Positions 11,807 through 23,119 of a stretch of DNA of 64,000 nt are shown one piece after another. Origin of the DNA: Acanthaster planci (lineage: Eukaryota); the NCBI RefSeq assembly GCF_001949145.1, contig NW_019091355.1, positions 3,454,646-3,518,645 of the forward strand, in the 5' to 3' direction. Numbering within the stretch: position 1 is the stretch's first letter; each line of letters opens with the position of its first letter. The notes beneath the pieces are model-generated. The model worked only from the letters and a program-made list of their open reading frames with translations. It was not told the origin of the DNA and searched no databases. The translations under genes and the position numbers were made by a program.

Positions 11807-13337
11807 ATGAATGGTAGCTCAAGTAAGGGGGACTTGCACAGGTCCCGGATGGAGGTTCAGTTGTTGCAGTGGGAAAAGGCTCAGCAATTGGACAGAATCA
11901 TGAAGTTAGAAGCAGCATTGCGAGATGCTAAGGAAGCAGGATCGAGCCCGATTGGTAGACCTGGTCCAAGTGATGTGCAGAAGTCATTTGAGCGCGAGAG
12001 AATTGATTTGGATGTCATTCCGGCTCCCTAGCCAAGATTTGGCTGGAAACAGGGAGGAGACGTCAGGGTATGGGTCGTTCAGAGCACCAGCACTGACTGA
12101 GTTGAAGACGCCAGAAGTCCATTGCAAGGAAAACGATGGTGGGCGCAGTTTAATTGATTGGACACCTCCAAGGCAAGAGGCGGCGTCCAGTCCGATAGTC
12201 TCTGCTGTACATGGGAGGGGTGTGAACGAGAGTCCATGTGTTCACATGCCATCTATACACTTGATGCAGAGAAGAAGCTCTACAGCGAGCTGATGAGTTT
12301 TGCCTCGCGTTCGCCAAGTGTTAAGAATGACAACGTGCGGGCTGATGAGAAGGATGGGGCGGGGCCTTGTCCAGTTAAAAGGGAGGAGAGAGTTGTTGGA
12401 GAAGATGAGTTGCGGGGAAGGCTTAGTCTGGTTCCCCGCCGACCAAGTATTGTTCCCGACCGCTACAGTGGCAAAGTGCCGTGGAACGAGTACTACGGGC
12501 ACTTCGAGAGTTGTCGGTTGGTGAACCGATGTGACGATTTACAATCGGCCGAGTATTTGGCCGCGAGCCTCCAAGGAGATGCAATTCGCTTTCTTGGAGA
12601 GGGCGTCTCCAGGGCCGGAAGTTGAAGTATGAAGAATTAGTGAAGCTGTTGGCTAGGAGGTTTGGGCCTGGCCAGCAGGCTGAGAATTTTCTAATAGAGT
12701 TACGTCATCGTCGGCAGAAGCCGAAGGAGTCTTTGCAAGAGTTGTGTCAGGCAGTACATGAGTTAGCAGTTAAGGCGTATCCGGAAATTCCCGAAGAGGC
12801 GAGAGAGCGATTGGAGAAAAATCATTTCACGGACGCTGTAGCTGATCAGTACGTCCGAGAGGGAATCTTCCGAGCAAGGCCGAAGAATTTGTCTGAGGCA
12901 TTGCAGGCGGCGCTTGAGACTGAGAACTTCCATAAGGTAGAGGCACAAAGAAAAGTCAACGAGAGACCAGCCAAGTTTGTCAGACGTATAGATGGGGACA
13001 TTGAAGAAAGGATGCAGTCTGTCAAACGAGCCATAAAGGGTGTAGCCGACGTGACGAAGCAGTTGGAGAAATTGATGGGGGCCATGTTTTCACGACCAGT
13101 GACGTCGCCAGCTACGTCAGACCAACAGGTGCCGGGTACCCCACCTCCTCTGCGCAGGCCGAAGCCTTTGAATTAAATTGTCATAATTGTGGTGTAAAGG
13201 GACAATTTGCTAGAGAATGTACACAGCCGAAACGAAAGCGTCCCCGTAACCAGGGAAACGAGAACCAGCCGACCGGAGGGTCCGCGGAAAGGCTGAGGAA
13301 TGCAGAGGACCCACAGAAGAAGGGCGACGGAGTTTGA
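11807..13337 (+). pseudogene. gag (frameshifted)
   Basis: Pieces lie in successive frames (11807, 11925, 12158, 12622, 13179). Capsid-like PDRYSGKVPWNEYYGHFE...YLAASLQGDA...RRQKPKESLQEL; zinc knuckle CHNCGVKGQFAREC (13179-13220) with the His replaced by Gln. Confidence 0.85.
13253..13312 (+). promoter_or_regulatory. -1 programmed ribosomal frameshift signal (slippery G GGA AAC plus probable pseudoknot)
   Basis: Heptamer 13253-13259 is in the knuckle (gag) frame, followed by a 6-nt spacer, stem CAGCC(13266-70)/GGCTG(13291-95), and loop GGGTCC(13278-83) complementary to GGACCC(13307-12). The -1 frame is open into the protease DTG. Confidence 0.75.
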
Positions 13338-16217
13338 AGAGAAAGAATGAAAACGAGGTTGGAGTCAGTACGGTAATGACTCCGGCAATGGGGCCACACC
13401 ATGGCTTATTTGTTAAGGGGTCGATTAGATCAACCGAGTTTCGAATATCAATCGATACTGGCGCTACCGACNNNNNNNNNNNNNNNNNNNNNNNNNNNNN
13501 NNNNNNNNNNNNNNNNNNNNNNNNNNNNNNNNNNNNNNNNNNNNNNNNNNNNNNNNNNNNNNNNNNNNNNNNNNNNNNNNNNNNNNNNNNNNNNNNNNNN
13601 NNNNNNNNNNNNNNNNNNNNNNNNNNNNNNNNNNNNNNNNNNNNNNNNNNNNNNNNNNNNNNNNNNNNNNNNNNNNNNNNNNNNNNNNNNNNNNNNNNNN
13701 NNNNNNNNNNNNNNNNNNNNNNNNNNNNNNNNNNNNNNNNNNNNNNNNNNNNNNNNNNNNNNNNNNNNNNNNNNNNNNNNNNNNNNNNNNNNNNNNNNNN
13801 NNNNNNNNNNNNNNNNNNNNNNNNNNNNNNNNNNNNNNNNNNNNNNNNNNNNNNNNNNNNNNNNNNNNNNNNNNNNNNNNNNNNNNNNNNNNNNNNNNNN
13901 NNNNNNNNNNNNNNNNNNNNNNNNNNNNNNNNNNNNNNNNNNNNNNNNNNNNNNNNNNNNNNNNNNNNNNNNNNNNNNNNNNNNNNNNNNNNNNNNNNNN
14001 NNNNNNNNNNNNNNNNNNNNNNNNNNNNNNNNNNNNNNNNNNNNNNNNNNNNNNNNNNNNNNNNNNNNNNNNNNNNNNNNNNNNNNNNNNNNNNNNNNNN
14101 NNNNNNNNNNNNNNNNNNNNNNNNNNNNNNNNNNNNNNNNNNNCAAATACATCCTGGATACGGATGCAAGTTCAGAGGGCATCGGAGCCGTACTGTCTCA
14201 GGTGCATGACGGTGTCGAGAAAGTTGTGGCTTTTGCAAGCCGGAAGTTGAGGAAAGCTGAGAGAAACTACTGCGTCACTCGAAGAGAGCTGCTCGCTGTG
14301 GTGACGTATTTAAAGTACTTCCGCCAGTACCTTACGGTCACAAGGTCAAAGTACGGACGGACCATTCTTCTCTGGTATGGTTAAGGAACTCGAAGAACCC
14401 GGACGGACAACTTGCACGATTGTCGGAGGTTGTGTCAGAGTATGACGTCACAATCCAGCACCGTCCGGGTGCCAAGAATCAGAATGCTGATAGTCTGTCT
14501 AGACGACCTTGTAAACAATGCGACCATTGTAATGCACAAGAGGATTCTGGTGGTGAAAATGCCGATATTGATGCGACTGTTACTGTGGAGGAAGATAAAC
14601 AAAAGTCAACCTCGAGCCCAGGAGATGTAAAGGGGGCCCTAGTTGCTGTGGTGGAGCCTACTCTAAGCAGCAAAGGCGGATGGGTCAAAGTGGCTGTTAA
14701 TTGCCAAGGGTGAGGGAAAGGAGCGCCCTCATTGGGATGAGGTGGCTCACAGGTCTCCGGCAAGTAAGACGTATTGGTCCTACTGTGATCAGTTGGTTGT
14801 AAGAGACGGTGTACTGTACCAGCGATGGGAGTCGAATGATGGTGGTTCAGTCCAATGGAGGCTGCTGGTTCCTGAGATGTTCAGACGCGAGTTTGTAGAA
14901 GAACTGCATGGTGGGAAATTGGGAGGCCATCTTGGCCTTAAGAAAACCCTGGCCCGTGTGAAGCAGCGGTACTTCTGGTCAGGTATGAGTGCCGATGTAA
15001 GAGCATACATCCGGAAATGTGATCAATGTGCAAGGAAGAAGCCGCCCCCAAAGAAACGTAGGGCGCCCTTACAACAGTATAATGTTGGAGGAACCATGGA
15101 TAGAGTGGCATTAGACTTGGTTGGTCCTCTCCCAAGGACCGAGGATGGGAACCAGTGGATCCTGGTGATTTGAGACTACACCACAAGATGGATGGAGGCA
15201 TATACGCTCCCGGATGCAAAGGCAGAAACAGTTGCCTCGAAGTTTGTTAGAGAATTGGTTTGTCGATTTGGGGTGCCGAGGGAGGTCCATTCGGATCAAG
15301 GGACCAACTTCGAATCGGAGGTATTCCAGGAAATGTGTCGGCGACTGGGTATAAGTAAATCAAGAACAACAGCATACAATCCTAAATCAGACGGGCTCAT
15401 AGAAAGGTTCAATAAGACTCTTGTCACCGTGGTTTCTATGATGATCGACCCACACAAAGGTCAACGCGATTGGGACCAGTACCTCCCATTCGCAACAAGC
15501 GCCTACAGATGTACGACACAAGAAAGCCTGGGGGAGACCCCAATTATGATGATGTTAGGCCGAGAAGTCACTCTCCCGATCGATCTGACAATCGAGCAGC
15601 CGACCCCAAGTGATGACGAGGCAAAAGGTGACTACGCAAAAAGTTTGAGGGACCAGATCAGGAGTGCTCACGAGAGGGCGCAGAAATGCCTGGGCAACGC
15701 TATGAGACGCCAGAAGAAGAACTATGATCGCCGGGCGCGCGACCCTGGTATTCAAGAGAAGGACTTTGTTTGGCTGTTCAACCCCGCGAAGAAGAAAGGG
15801 GTTAGCCCCAAGCTTCAGTTGAAGTGGGAGGGACCGTATTTAGTATTGAAGAAACTCCGGGATGTTGTGTTCCGCATCCAGAGGTCAAAGGGCGCAAAGC
15901 CCCGAGTTGTACTTGCTGATAGGCTGAAACCTTGCCATAATAGTCCAATGGATCCATGGAGTACTCCTAGTGGGGCTCCCTCTAGTGAGACCAACACCAG
16001 ACATCCTGAGGAGGTTGAAACTTGGGGTGATAGGGATGAAGGAAGCAGTCTTCCTGAGATCTTGGTTACCTCAGAAAGAGGAAACAATTGTCTTGAGGTT
16101 TCAGGCAAAGATAAAACAACGCTTGAACCAAGTATATCAGTAGAGTCAGGTCATGATAAAACGGAGGAAACTGTGGCGGAATTAAGGCCTAGAAGATATC
16201 CCAAACGGGAGCATTAA
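13259..16217 (+). pseudogene. pol: aspartic protease, (RT in gap), RNase H, integrase; disrupted
   Basis: Protease IDTGA (D at 13454). RNase H YILDTDAS...ERNYCVTRRELLAVV...RTDH...HRPGAKNQNADSLSR. Integrase HHCC (ELH..GGHLG...CDQC), DDE (ALDLVGP, HSDQG, GLIERFN) and WEGPY. Frameshifts near 14335 and ~14700, premature TGA at 15171-15173. Confidence 0.93.
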
Positions 16218-16355
16218 TTACCGATAAGATATCGATAGTAATTATGTACTCACATTGATTTAGTAAATAATCAATGGTTGCTTAAAGTAATGATTAACCA
16301 GTTGTTTCCTCTGTTATTTTAGAGAAGTAAAAATCACATAGATAAGGAAAATAAC

Positions 16356-17114
16356 ATGGAGGTCGGGGCTAAGATGGAGTTCCAGTGCACCAGGTGCCCC
16401 AAGAAGTTCAGCCACCTAAGGGGCCTGTTGCGGCATAAGAAAAGCCATGGGCCAGCACCCTATTTCTCCTGCCGGCGGTGTGATTACAGGGAGAGGCGTC
16501 GAGATAATCTGCGGCGGCACTATAAAGTAGCTCACCCGGACCACCTAAGTGACATAGAGAGGATGACGCCCGGGCCAAGGCAAGACAAAGGTCAGGAGGC
16601 CGATCAAGGGGAACCAACGCAGAAGGAGGCGAGGCGGATCGTCGTGGGAAGCACGCCTGCGGACCGACGAAGTCCCAGTCCTCGACTCACGGTACCATGG
16701 GACAAGTTTAGGAACCTCCCGAGGCCCCTGTCCCCGTTAAAAACGTCCCTGGAGAAGGAAAAGCCACGAGAAGAAGAAAAAGAAGACCACCAGAACAACA
16801 AGAGACCCACCCTGGAGAACGATACCCCTCCAGAGGCCATCCCAGGCAACGACAAGCCGAAAGAAGAACACCCGGCCACGCCCAGCCGCCAGGCAGAAGT
16901 CCATAAACCAGCGCCAGCCAATGGAGTCACCGGGACCCCCAAAGCGCGTACCCGCTTTGAGCTGAGGAAACCACGCATCCCCAAGACGGCCACCATCATC
17001 GAAGAAGTGCTGACACGACCATACGTAGATGGAGTAGAGATTCACCGGGAGGCGCGCCAGCGGAAATATTTCCAAGATGTCCTGACTGACTGCCCCCTTC
17101 TGTTGGCAAAATAA
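16356..17114 (+). CDS. Retrotransposon accessory ORF3: tandem C2H2 zinc-finger protein, 252 aa
   Basis: CTRCPKKFSHLRGLLRHKKSH and CRRCDYRERRRDNLRRHYKVAH (nt 16386-16535), then a Pro/charged low-complexity region. ATG is in aacATGG context. An upstream branch-like TGATTAAC, pyrimidine tract and TTTTAG acceptor end at 16322. Confidence 0.75.
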   Translation: MEVGAKMEFQCTRCPKKFSHLRGLLRHKKSHGPAPYFSCRRCDYRERRRDNLRRHYKVAHPDHLSDIERMTPGPRQDKGQEADQGEPTQKEARRIVVGSTPADRRSPSPRLTVPWDKFRNLPRPLSPLKTSLEKEKPREEEKEDHQNNKRPTLENDTPPEAIPGNDKPKEEHPATPSRQAEVHKPAPANGVTGTPKARTRFELRKPRIPKTATIIEEVLTRPYVDGVEIHREARQRKYFQDVLTDCPLLLAK

Positions 17115-17830
17115 TAATAATAACAAAAAAAAAAAAGCAGTAGTCGATTTACCAAGAAGATAGGAAATAACCTGATATAAATTAAGCAGCTGATTTACTG
17201 AGGACTTTTAAAGTATACCGGGAGCAACTTGATTCTTTACTTTCAATCTCAGAAGAAGCATTCTACTTTCTAATAAGGTTTANNNNNNNNNNNNNNNNNN
17301 NNNNNNNNNNNNNNNNNNNNNNNNNNNNNNNNNNNNNNNNNNNNNNNNNNNNNNNNNNNNNNNNNNNNNNNNNNNNNNNNNNNNNNNNNNNNNNNNNNNN
17401 NNNNNNNNNNNNNNNNNNNNNNNNNNNNNNNNNNNNNNNNNNNNNNNNNNNNNNNNNNNNNNNNNNNNNNNNNNNNNNNNNNNNNNNNNNNNNNNNNNNN
17501 NNNNNNNNNNNNNNNNNNNNNNNNNNNNNNNNNNNNNNNNNNNNNNNNNNNNNNNNNNNNNNNNNNNNNNNNNNNNNNNNNNNNNNNNNNNNNNNNNNNN
17601 NNNNNNNNNNNNNNNNNNNNNNNNNNNNNNNNNNNNNNNNNNNNNNNNNNNNNNNNNNNNNNNNNNNNNNNNNNNNNNNNNNNNNNNNNNNNNNNNNNNN
17701 NNNNNNNNNNNNNNNNNNNNNNNNNNNNNNNNNNNNNNNNNNNNNNNNNNNNNNNNNNNNNNNNNNNNNNNNNNNNNNNNNNNNNNNNNNNNNNNNNNNN
17801 NNNNNNNNNNNNNNNNNNNNNNNNNNNNNN

Positions 17831-18000
17831 TTGTGCGATAGGGCAGCGGAAGTCACTGCTTAATCACGTGAGCGCGTGCGCAGGCGTGGTCAGAGCAGCG
17901 AGAAAGCTATAAAAAGCGCGCGTAGGCGCGGCTGGCTCCGGCTACAGCTGGTGCTCTGCACCGTGCCTAGTGGCTAGCGCCCTCTGTCGCGTCACAATAT
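17831..18000 (+). promoter_or_regulatory. CpG-rich TATA promoter, probably of the RhoGAP gene
   Basis: ETS CGGAAGT (17847-53), E-box TCACGTGA (17864-71), NRF1-like GCGCGTGCGCA (17872-82), TATAAAAA (17908-15), high CpG density. The link to the RhoGAP gene is inferred: its ATG exon begins with an acceptor and needs an upstream exon. Confidence 0.55.
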
Positions 18001-18875
18001 GGAGGAGCACACGTTTTCGTCCATATACTGTTTCAGTGATGTTCAAGCTGCGTGTCAACTGGAGGTCTTGCACGGTAGATTGCTGTTAAATATCATTAGA
18101 AATGGCACTTTCAATCATGCAATATCCGCTAGTTGAGATGTCACGTTTAACATGATTTTCATTCCTGTTTCTCATGTCCTGACGTGATTCATGAACCCGT
18201 GATCCTAACCATGCTAACTACTGAGATTAATAATTTATCTTTATTCCACTCAGACTCTGCTGTTACGGCTAGTGTAATTAGGCGAAGCTGGAGGCTCAGG
18301 GTCAAGGGCTTTGTGTCACTGGAATAGCCCGGTATGCTCCAGGAAATCTTTTGAACGTTCACTGTTGTGTAGGTCTACCCTGGGCCTCGCCTTCTTTTCC
18401 TACCGCCATGTTTGGGCATAGTCAGCGACTGTGACTGCTTCTCGTTGTCTCCTCTCTACAAGTTGGTGTGATGTTCCCCCTTAATTCTTTGCCAATTTTG
18501 CAATACAGATAGATAGATACAGCAGATCTGTTCGGCCCAATCTTGACTCCTGAATTGATTATCCTATGAATGGATTTCATTGAAAGGAAAATCAACTCGG
18601 GAGGGAATAAAATGAATTTGCACAAGCTTCAAAATGTCGCTCTACACTAGGGCCTATTAATAACTATAACTGATCATATGCATTTGTTAAAAAGGTGATC
18701 CGTAGGTTCCTAGTCACTCAAACTAACGTGTGACGGTATAGTCACCAGGTATTTTATTTTGCCACTTACTGTGAAAACCATTGAGACTTGACAATAGGTG
18801 GCAAAATTAGGGACCTGGCAACTATACAGTCACACGCTTTATGTTACTCAAGAGTCAAGCCAGGGGGAATTAAAG

Positions 18876-19062
18876 CACTGGCAGCGGAATGGGGGGAGGG
18901 GACCAGTGGTTCCTCTACTTTTTTGACTGGGGACCTCTCCCGCCCCCCCACTTTTTGCATGTCCTGTAATTGGATGGGGTTCAGTGGATCGACCTATTAA
19001 TGGCGGATGCCTGATGGTCTAACAACTGGCCCACCACTTTGAAAATCAGTCCGCTGCCAGTG
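18876..19062. mobile_element. Small MITE-like element
   Basis: Perfect 13-bp TIR CACTGGCAGCGGA / TCCGCTGCCAGTG. No clean TSD. Confidence 0.55.
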
Positions 19063-20299
19063 ATTATAGGCTTACGGCAACCAGCATCAGGACCAGATGC
19101 TTAGAGCTGCAGAGGGGCAAGGGGTAATCTGTTTTTCTAACTTCATTTCATGAACAAACGCGCTCAAACTTTCACATTTAATGCTGTTACATCTGTGTTA
19201 GACCTGACAGGCCCCACTGAGCTAGGCCAAGCTAGTTTCCCTCTGTGAGACCAATTGATATTTCGATCAGCTCAATCATGAAATCACGTTGTGCTATCAG
19301 TTGATTCTGTATGAAATCTCTGACTCTGTTTCCCTTGTTTTTGCAACAAGCTTTCACAACCGTAAATTAGAAAGATTAGACAATTGGCTGATGGCAGAAT
19401 TATCAGCAAATCGTGCAATAATATCGACGGATTGTGCCGATCAGTCGATTGATGTTTTAACAACATCAACAACAAAGTGACCAGGAGGAATATTAATTAT
19501 TGCAGGAGTTACAATATGACAACTCTGCTGGCTGAGGAGGGGCGCCCTCTTTCCCGCGCTCGTACCTCAACAGGCACCCAGTTGACTCATCATTTGATGG
19601 ATGGCTCGGGTAAGAATGCTTTCTGACTGAAAGTAGAACGTAGGGCAACTGCACCGAATCACAGATCCTCTGCAGTCTGCACAAAGGCGATGCACTCCCA
19701 CAATCACATTAAGGATATCGGGACGACGTTCTATTGATAGGATCTTCCTATCTGCTAAATAGTTCGACAGGATGGCCTAGTATTCTGTCATTGTGGTCTA
19801 GGCTTGGAGCATGACCAGTGGTGTAACTGCATGTGACTTTTGTAGGGTGCACGGCAGATACGATCTGTTGAGTAGATTACATACAATGAAGCTCTGGCCC
19901 TTCATCAGATAGTTGGAGTACAAAATGGACAGTTTTAAGCAACAACTAAACATGTAGTTAACCAAAGTTGCCAAAACGATGGATGGTTTGGATCATCAAG
20001 GTGACCATTAGGAACCAGACCCTTGGACATGATCACGCTCACGCTGTTTATCGGTAGCTGATTCCATTTATAAGTACAGAGAGAATCGTTCCTATGAAAA
20101 TAATCGTACGACATGTTATTGACTGTGAATGCTGTGAGAGTTGCAGGCAATGGCAGAATGTGAGTAATGGTGAGAGTTTTGACATGTAGTTTGACTGGCT
20201 TCACTCGGGTGTGGGTAAACTGCACGTGCCCATCATTTTAAGAGCAGTGAACCAGCAGTTGAACTTTAGTTCGCTTTAGTTTGCTTGGTCTTTTGGCAC

Positions 20300-20500
20300 T
20301 GTCTTTGCCTTCCAACTCTGTGACCCAGGTCAAATCTCACCCAGGGCGACTTGTAGATTGCATTTTCAGTCCTTACCTAATTCTGTGGGGTTTTTCTATG
20401 ATGTTCATTTTGGTTAACTTCCACCTAAACATTGAATTTCTTCCTTGTGTTCTCTCCCAGGGAGAACAGTTTGTAACTGATAGGGTCTTATCCTGGTTAA
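20300..20500 (+). mobile_element. Decayed tRNA-derived SINE
   Basis: GCCTTCCAACTCTGTGACCCAGGTCAAATC tRNA-like head, then TTTTCAGTCCTTACCT..TGTGGGGTTTTTC body. Boundaries approximate. Confidence 0.35.
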
Positions 20501-21240
20501 ATTAATTAGAAATAAATGAACTTGGTCGCTGGAATAAAAATGAGAAATCTCGAGCCAAATTTTGTGATAATGTTAACGTCATAATTTCTGTGGGGATTTA
20601 CACCTTGGAGGTACGGACCTCGGAGGCTTCATCCGAACCCACTCTGTTGGTAAATTCTGTTTGCTTAGCAGAATATGCCAAGAGAATTTCCTAAACATAG
20701 GCCTTAAGCCAAGGGACCAGGCGGGGCTTGTACAGTAGCTGTATACACGTATTCATATGACAAAGGTTAGGCCTGAAGCCAGGGACCCAGACTGCCTGCC
20801 CCTTTAACAAATCTCTCCACATGTATAGATGCCGACGGGGCAGTATGTGTACCCCCAACGCCAACACGCCTGCACCTCATTATTCAACTGAGGGATTGGT
20901 CATAACGTGTCATATCCTCCCTCAAGATGCTGCTGATAGGCCGGCCGGCTATGTAGTCCCTGATCAGTCATGCACAGTGCAAACAGGCGCTTGCATGCGG
21001 TTGCACTGTCAACTCCCCCCCCCCTTTAGCTAAACCCGCAATTGGATGACGACTTAAAGTTGGAAGCTTTAAAAGTTTACTGGGTCGATCGGAGCGGATC
21101 ACTGTGACATTGTTTTCACCTGAACATCCCTACTCTCAAAAGGATTACGTCGACCAAATCATTCTGCTCATTCTGGAGGCTTGATGCATCGCAGTAGCCT
21201 TAATTCATCCACATCTGTGTGTGTCTTGGTTGTTTTGTAG

Positions 21241-21412
21241 AGTTTTCAGGGCAAGCTGCTCGTTGGCTAAACCCTGCACCGGTACCCCACCATGCAGACC
21301 GCCCATTTGGAGACACGATCAAATCTGGAATCCACCAAGGTGTACTATCCCGGTGCGGCATAGTGGGCGTATATCCTGCCCTTGGGAAACTAGAGCCATG
21401 CAGGTGCAATTG
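21241..21412 (+). other. Candidate internal 5' leader exon of the RhoGAP gene
   Basis: Acceptor TCTTGGTTGTTTTGTAG and strong donor TG/GTGAGT flank a GC-elevated 172-nt block. Confidence 0.35.
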
Positions 21413-22610
21413 GTGAGTACTTGTGGCAGATGATCAACCCTGTAGGAATCTGTTCAGGGAGACCATGTGGTCAATATACTTGCTGACTATGAACCTGACC
21501 ACAGACTGTGAAAAAAAAAGTGTGATCATGCCTGCAGGTTCCTCTATTTAACACTTGGAATTCTTGACAAAACGTACATGCATTTTTAATGATACCTTCC
21601 AACCTTTCTTTTTCCACATTAATACATGCATATTTTTAATTAATGTGAAACCACTTGCAGTCCAGTTATTGTTGGCTTACATGTAATGAACAGTCTGAGA
21701 AGAGTGAAGTCTTTTCGTATCATTTTTTGGCAGTTCTGGAGATATCAAATTTACATCAGTAAATTGCCTCTGGCATTATCAATTTTCTGTACCACCCTCA
21801 AGTTATGAAGTGTTCCCCATTTCAGCAAATCACGTTGACAAAAATGGAATTTGTTTCAGTCTCCTGTTTGTAATTTTGATCCAAACTTCTGAGTTTATGT
21901 CATTTCACAAAGTGAAAAGAAACTTTGCATTTTCACAACTTTTCACAGTATTAGCTAATGCAAATAAGTACAGAAAATGAATTCAATGGGAGATTTGGCT
22001 TTCACTACCACGTTTCTTCAGACCTGCAGTTGGGTTTGTCATTCCTTGCAAGATCTTGTGATCAAATTGAGCTGATATTTTTCATCAGCAGTGTGAAAAA
22101 AGGTTGTAACGGTTTGGCTTAACATCAGCCATGTGGGAGTGTTTTGAAATTAGCATGGTTCAGTTTTTGTCGTGCATGATTTGCATCACAAAGGCAACAT
22201 GCATGCAATGCACACAGCGTGTTTCATAGATACTTCACAATATCACGTCCTGCTGGAAAGTTCGTAGTAATCAAAGTGGCAAACTGTGATGATTCAATTT
22301 GTTGCTTTGGCGGGGTAAGTCAAAGTAAAATATCAAATAGGTGTCCATTTGCACGCCTTTGTGCCTGTTAAATCAACTTATTGCCAATGCGTTGTTTTAG
22401 TTAAATCTTCTGTCTGCTTTGTGAGCATAGGGCTGCCACTGTGCATTTCCAGCATAAGTTTTGATTGGTCCCCAGCAGGTGAAAAAGACGATGATTCATG
22501 GTTTGTGATTTTTTGGGGGGGGGTCCCTCACAAAGGCAATCGGCAGTCTAGGAATTGCGATAGTGTTTGGGATGAACTTTATTCCCTGCCCCCACTCCCA
22601 TCTCCATCAT

Positions 22611-22740
22611 TGGGTAAGTTCGATGAGTGAGAAATTGTCAACCAAAGTCGATTTTGACTGGTAACCTATGCATGAAATACATCTGGCACAAGGCAAAATC
22701 GACCATTGGGTAACAAATTGTCGGTGATCGAACTTACCCA
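22611..22740. mobile_element. Palindromic MITE (130 bp)
   Basis: Perfect TIR TGGGTAAGTTCGAT / ATCGAACTTACCCA, with further internal pairing GTCGATTTTG / CAAAATCGAC. Confidence 0.7.
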
Positions 22741-23119
22741 TTAGTGACATTAGTGACATCACTTTGACAGAAAAAAATAAATCCAGATATCAAGATAACT
22801 GGTCAAGCCAGTGACAAAATGACACAGTCAATTTCTCATGTAAAGACTTCCCCCCTCCCCCGCAAGTGGCCTGGACAAATTTTGCATCATGTACATTGGT
22901 GCCAGATAGATGAAATAATGTAGGATTGAAGTAATTGTACTCAAGGGAGCTAAGCGACTGTCTAGTTCATATAAGGATAGGGTGGAGAACATTAGGAGAG
23001 GGGACCAGATAGGTACTTTCAACTCACAAGGAAGTTTTCCATAACTATACAAAGGAGTCGACGGAAGCAGGATTTAATGTAACCAGCTGGCAGATCCCAC
23101 AAAATGGGTCCGGAGGCCA

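Larger units (their letters stand above)
10848..17282 (+). mobile_element. Ty3/Gypsy LTR retrotransposon, decayed; 3' LTR not visible (presumably in the N gap 17283-17830)
   Basis: Order is LTR (TG...CA), PBS, gag with zinc knuckle, protease, gap, RNase H, integrase with GPY motif, extra ORF. RNase H before integrase is Gypsy-type order. Confidence 0.95.

Noticed and set aside
13210..14384. Long ORFs of 244-342 aa in the ORF track (also 17263-17856)
   Set aside because: Artefacts of translating N runs.
16604..17126. Antisense ORFs over ORF3, and similar ones over MICU1 and RhoGAP exons
   Set aside because: Shadow frames of GC-rich coding sequence with no recognisable motifs.
17112..17136. 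TAA repeats plus A12 after ORF3 as a poly(A) scar of a captured mRNA
   Set aside because: A-runs of this length are frequent throughout the window and there is no TSD, so the evidence is insufficient.
17975..18000. GCGTCACA followed by ATAT as the end of the 3' LTR with a near TSD (GTAT/ATAT)
   Set aside because: The preceding 160 bp do not align with the 5' LTR right arm, only 8-9 terminal bases match, and the TSD is mismatched. The region reads better as a host promoter.
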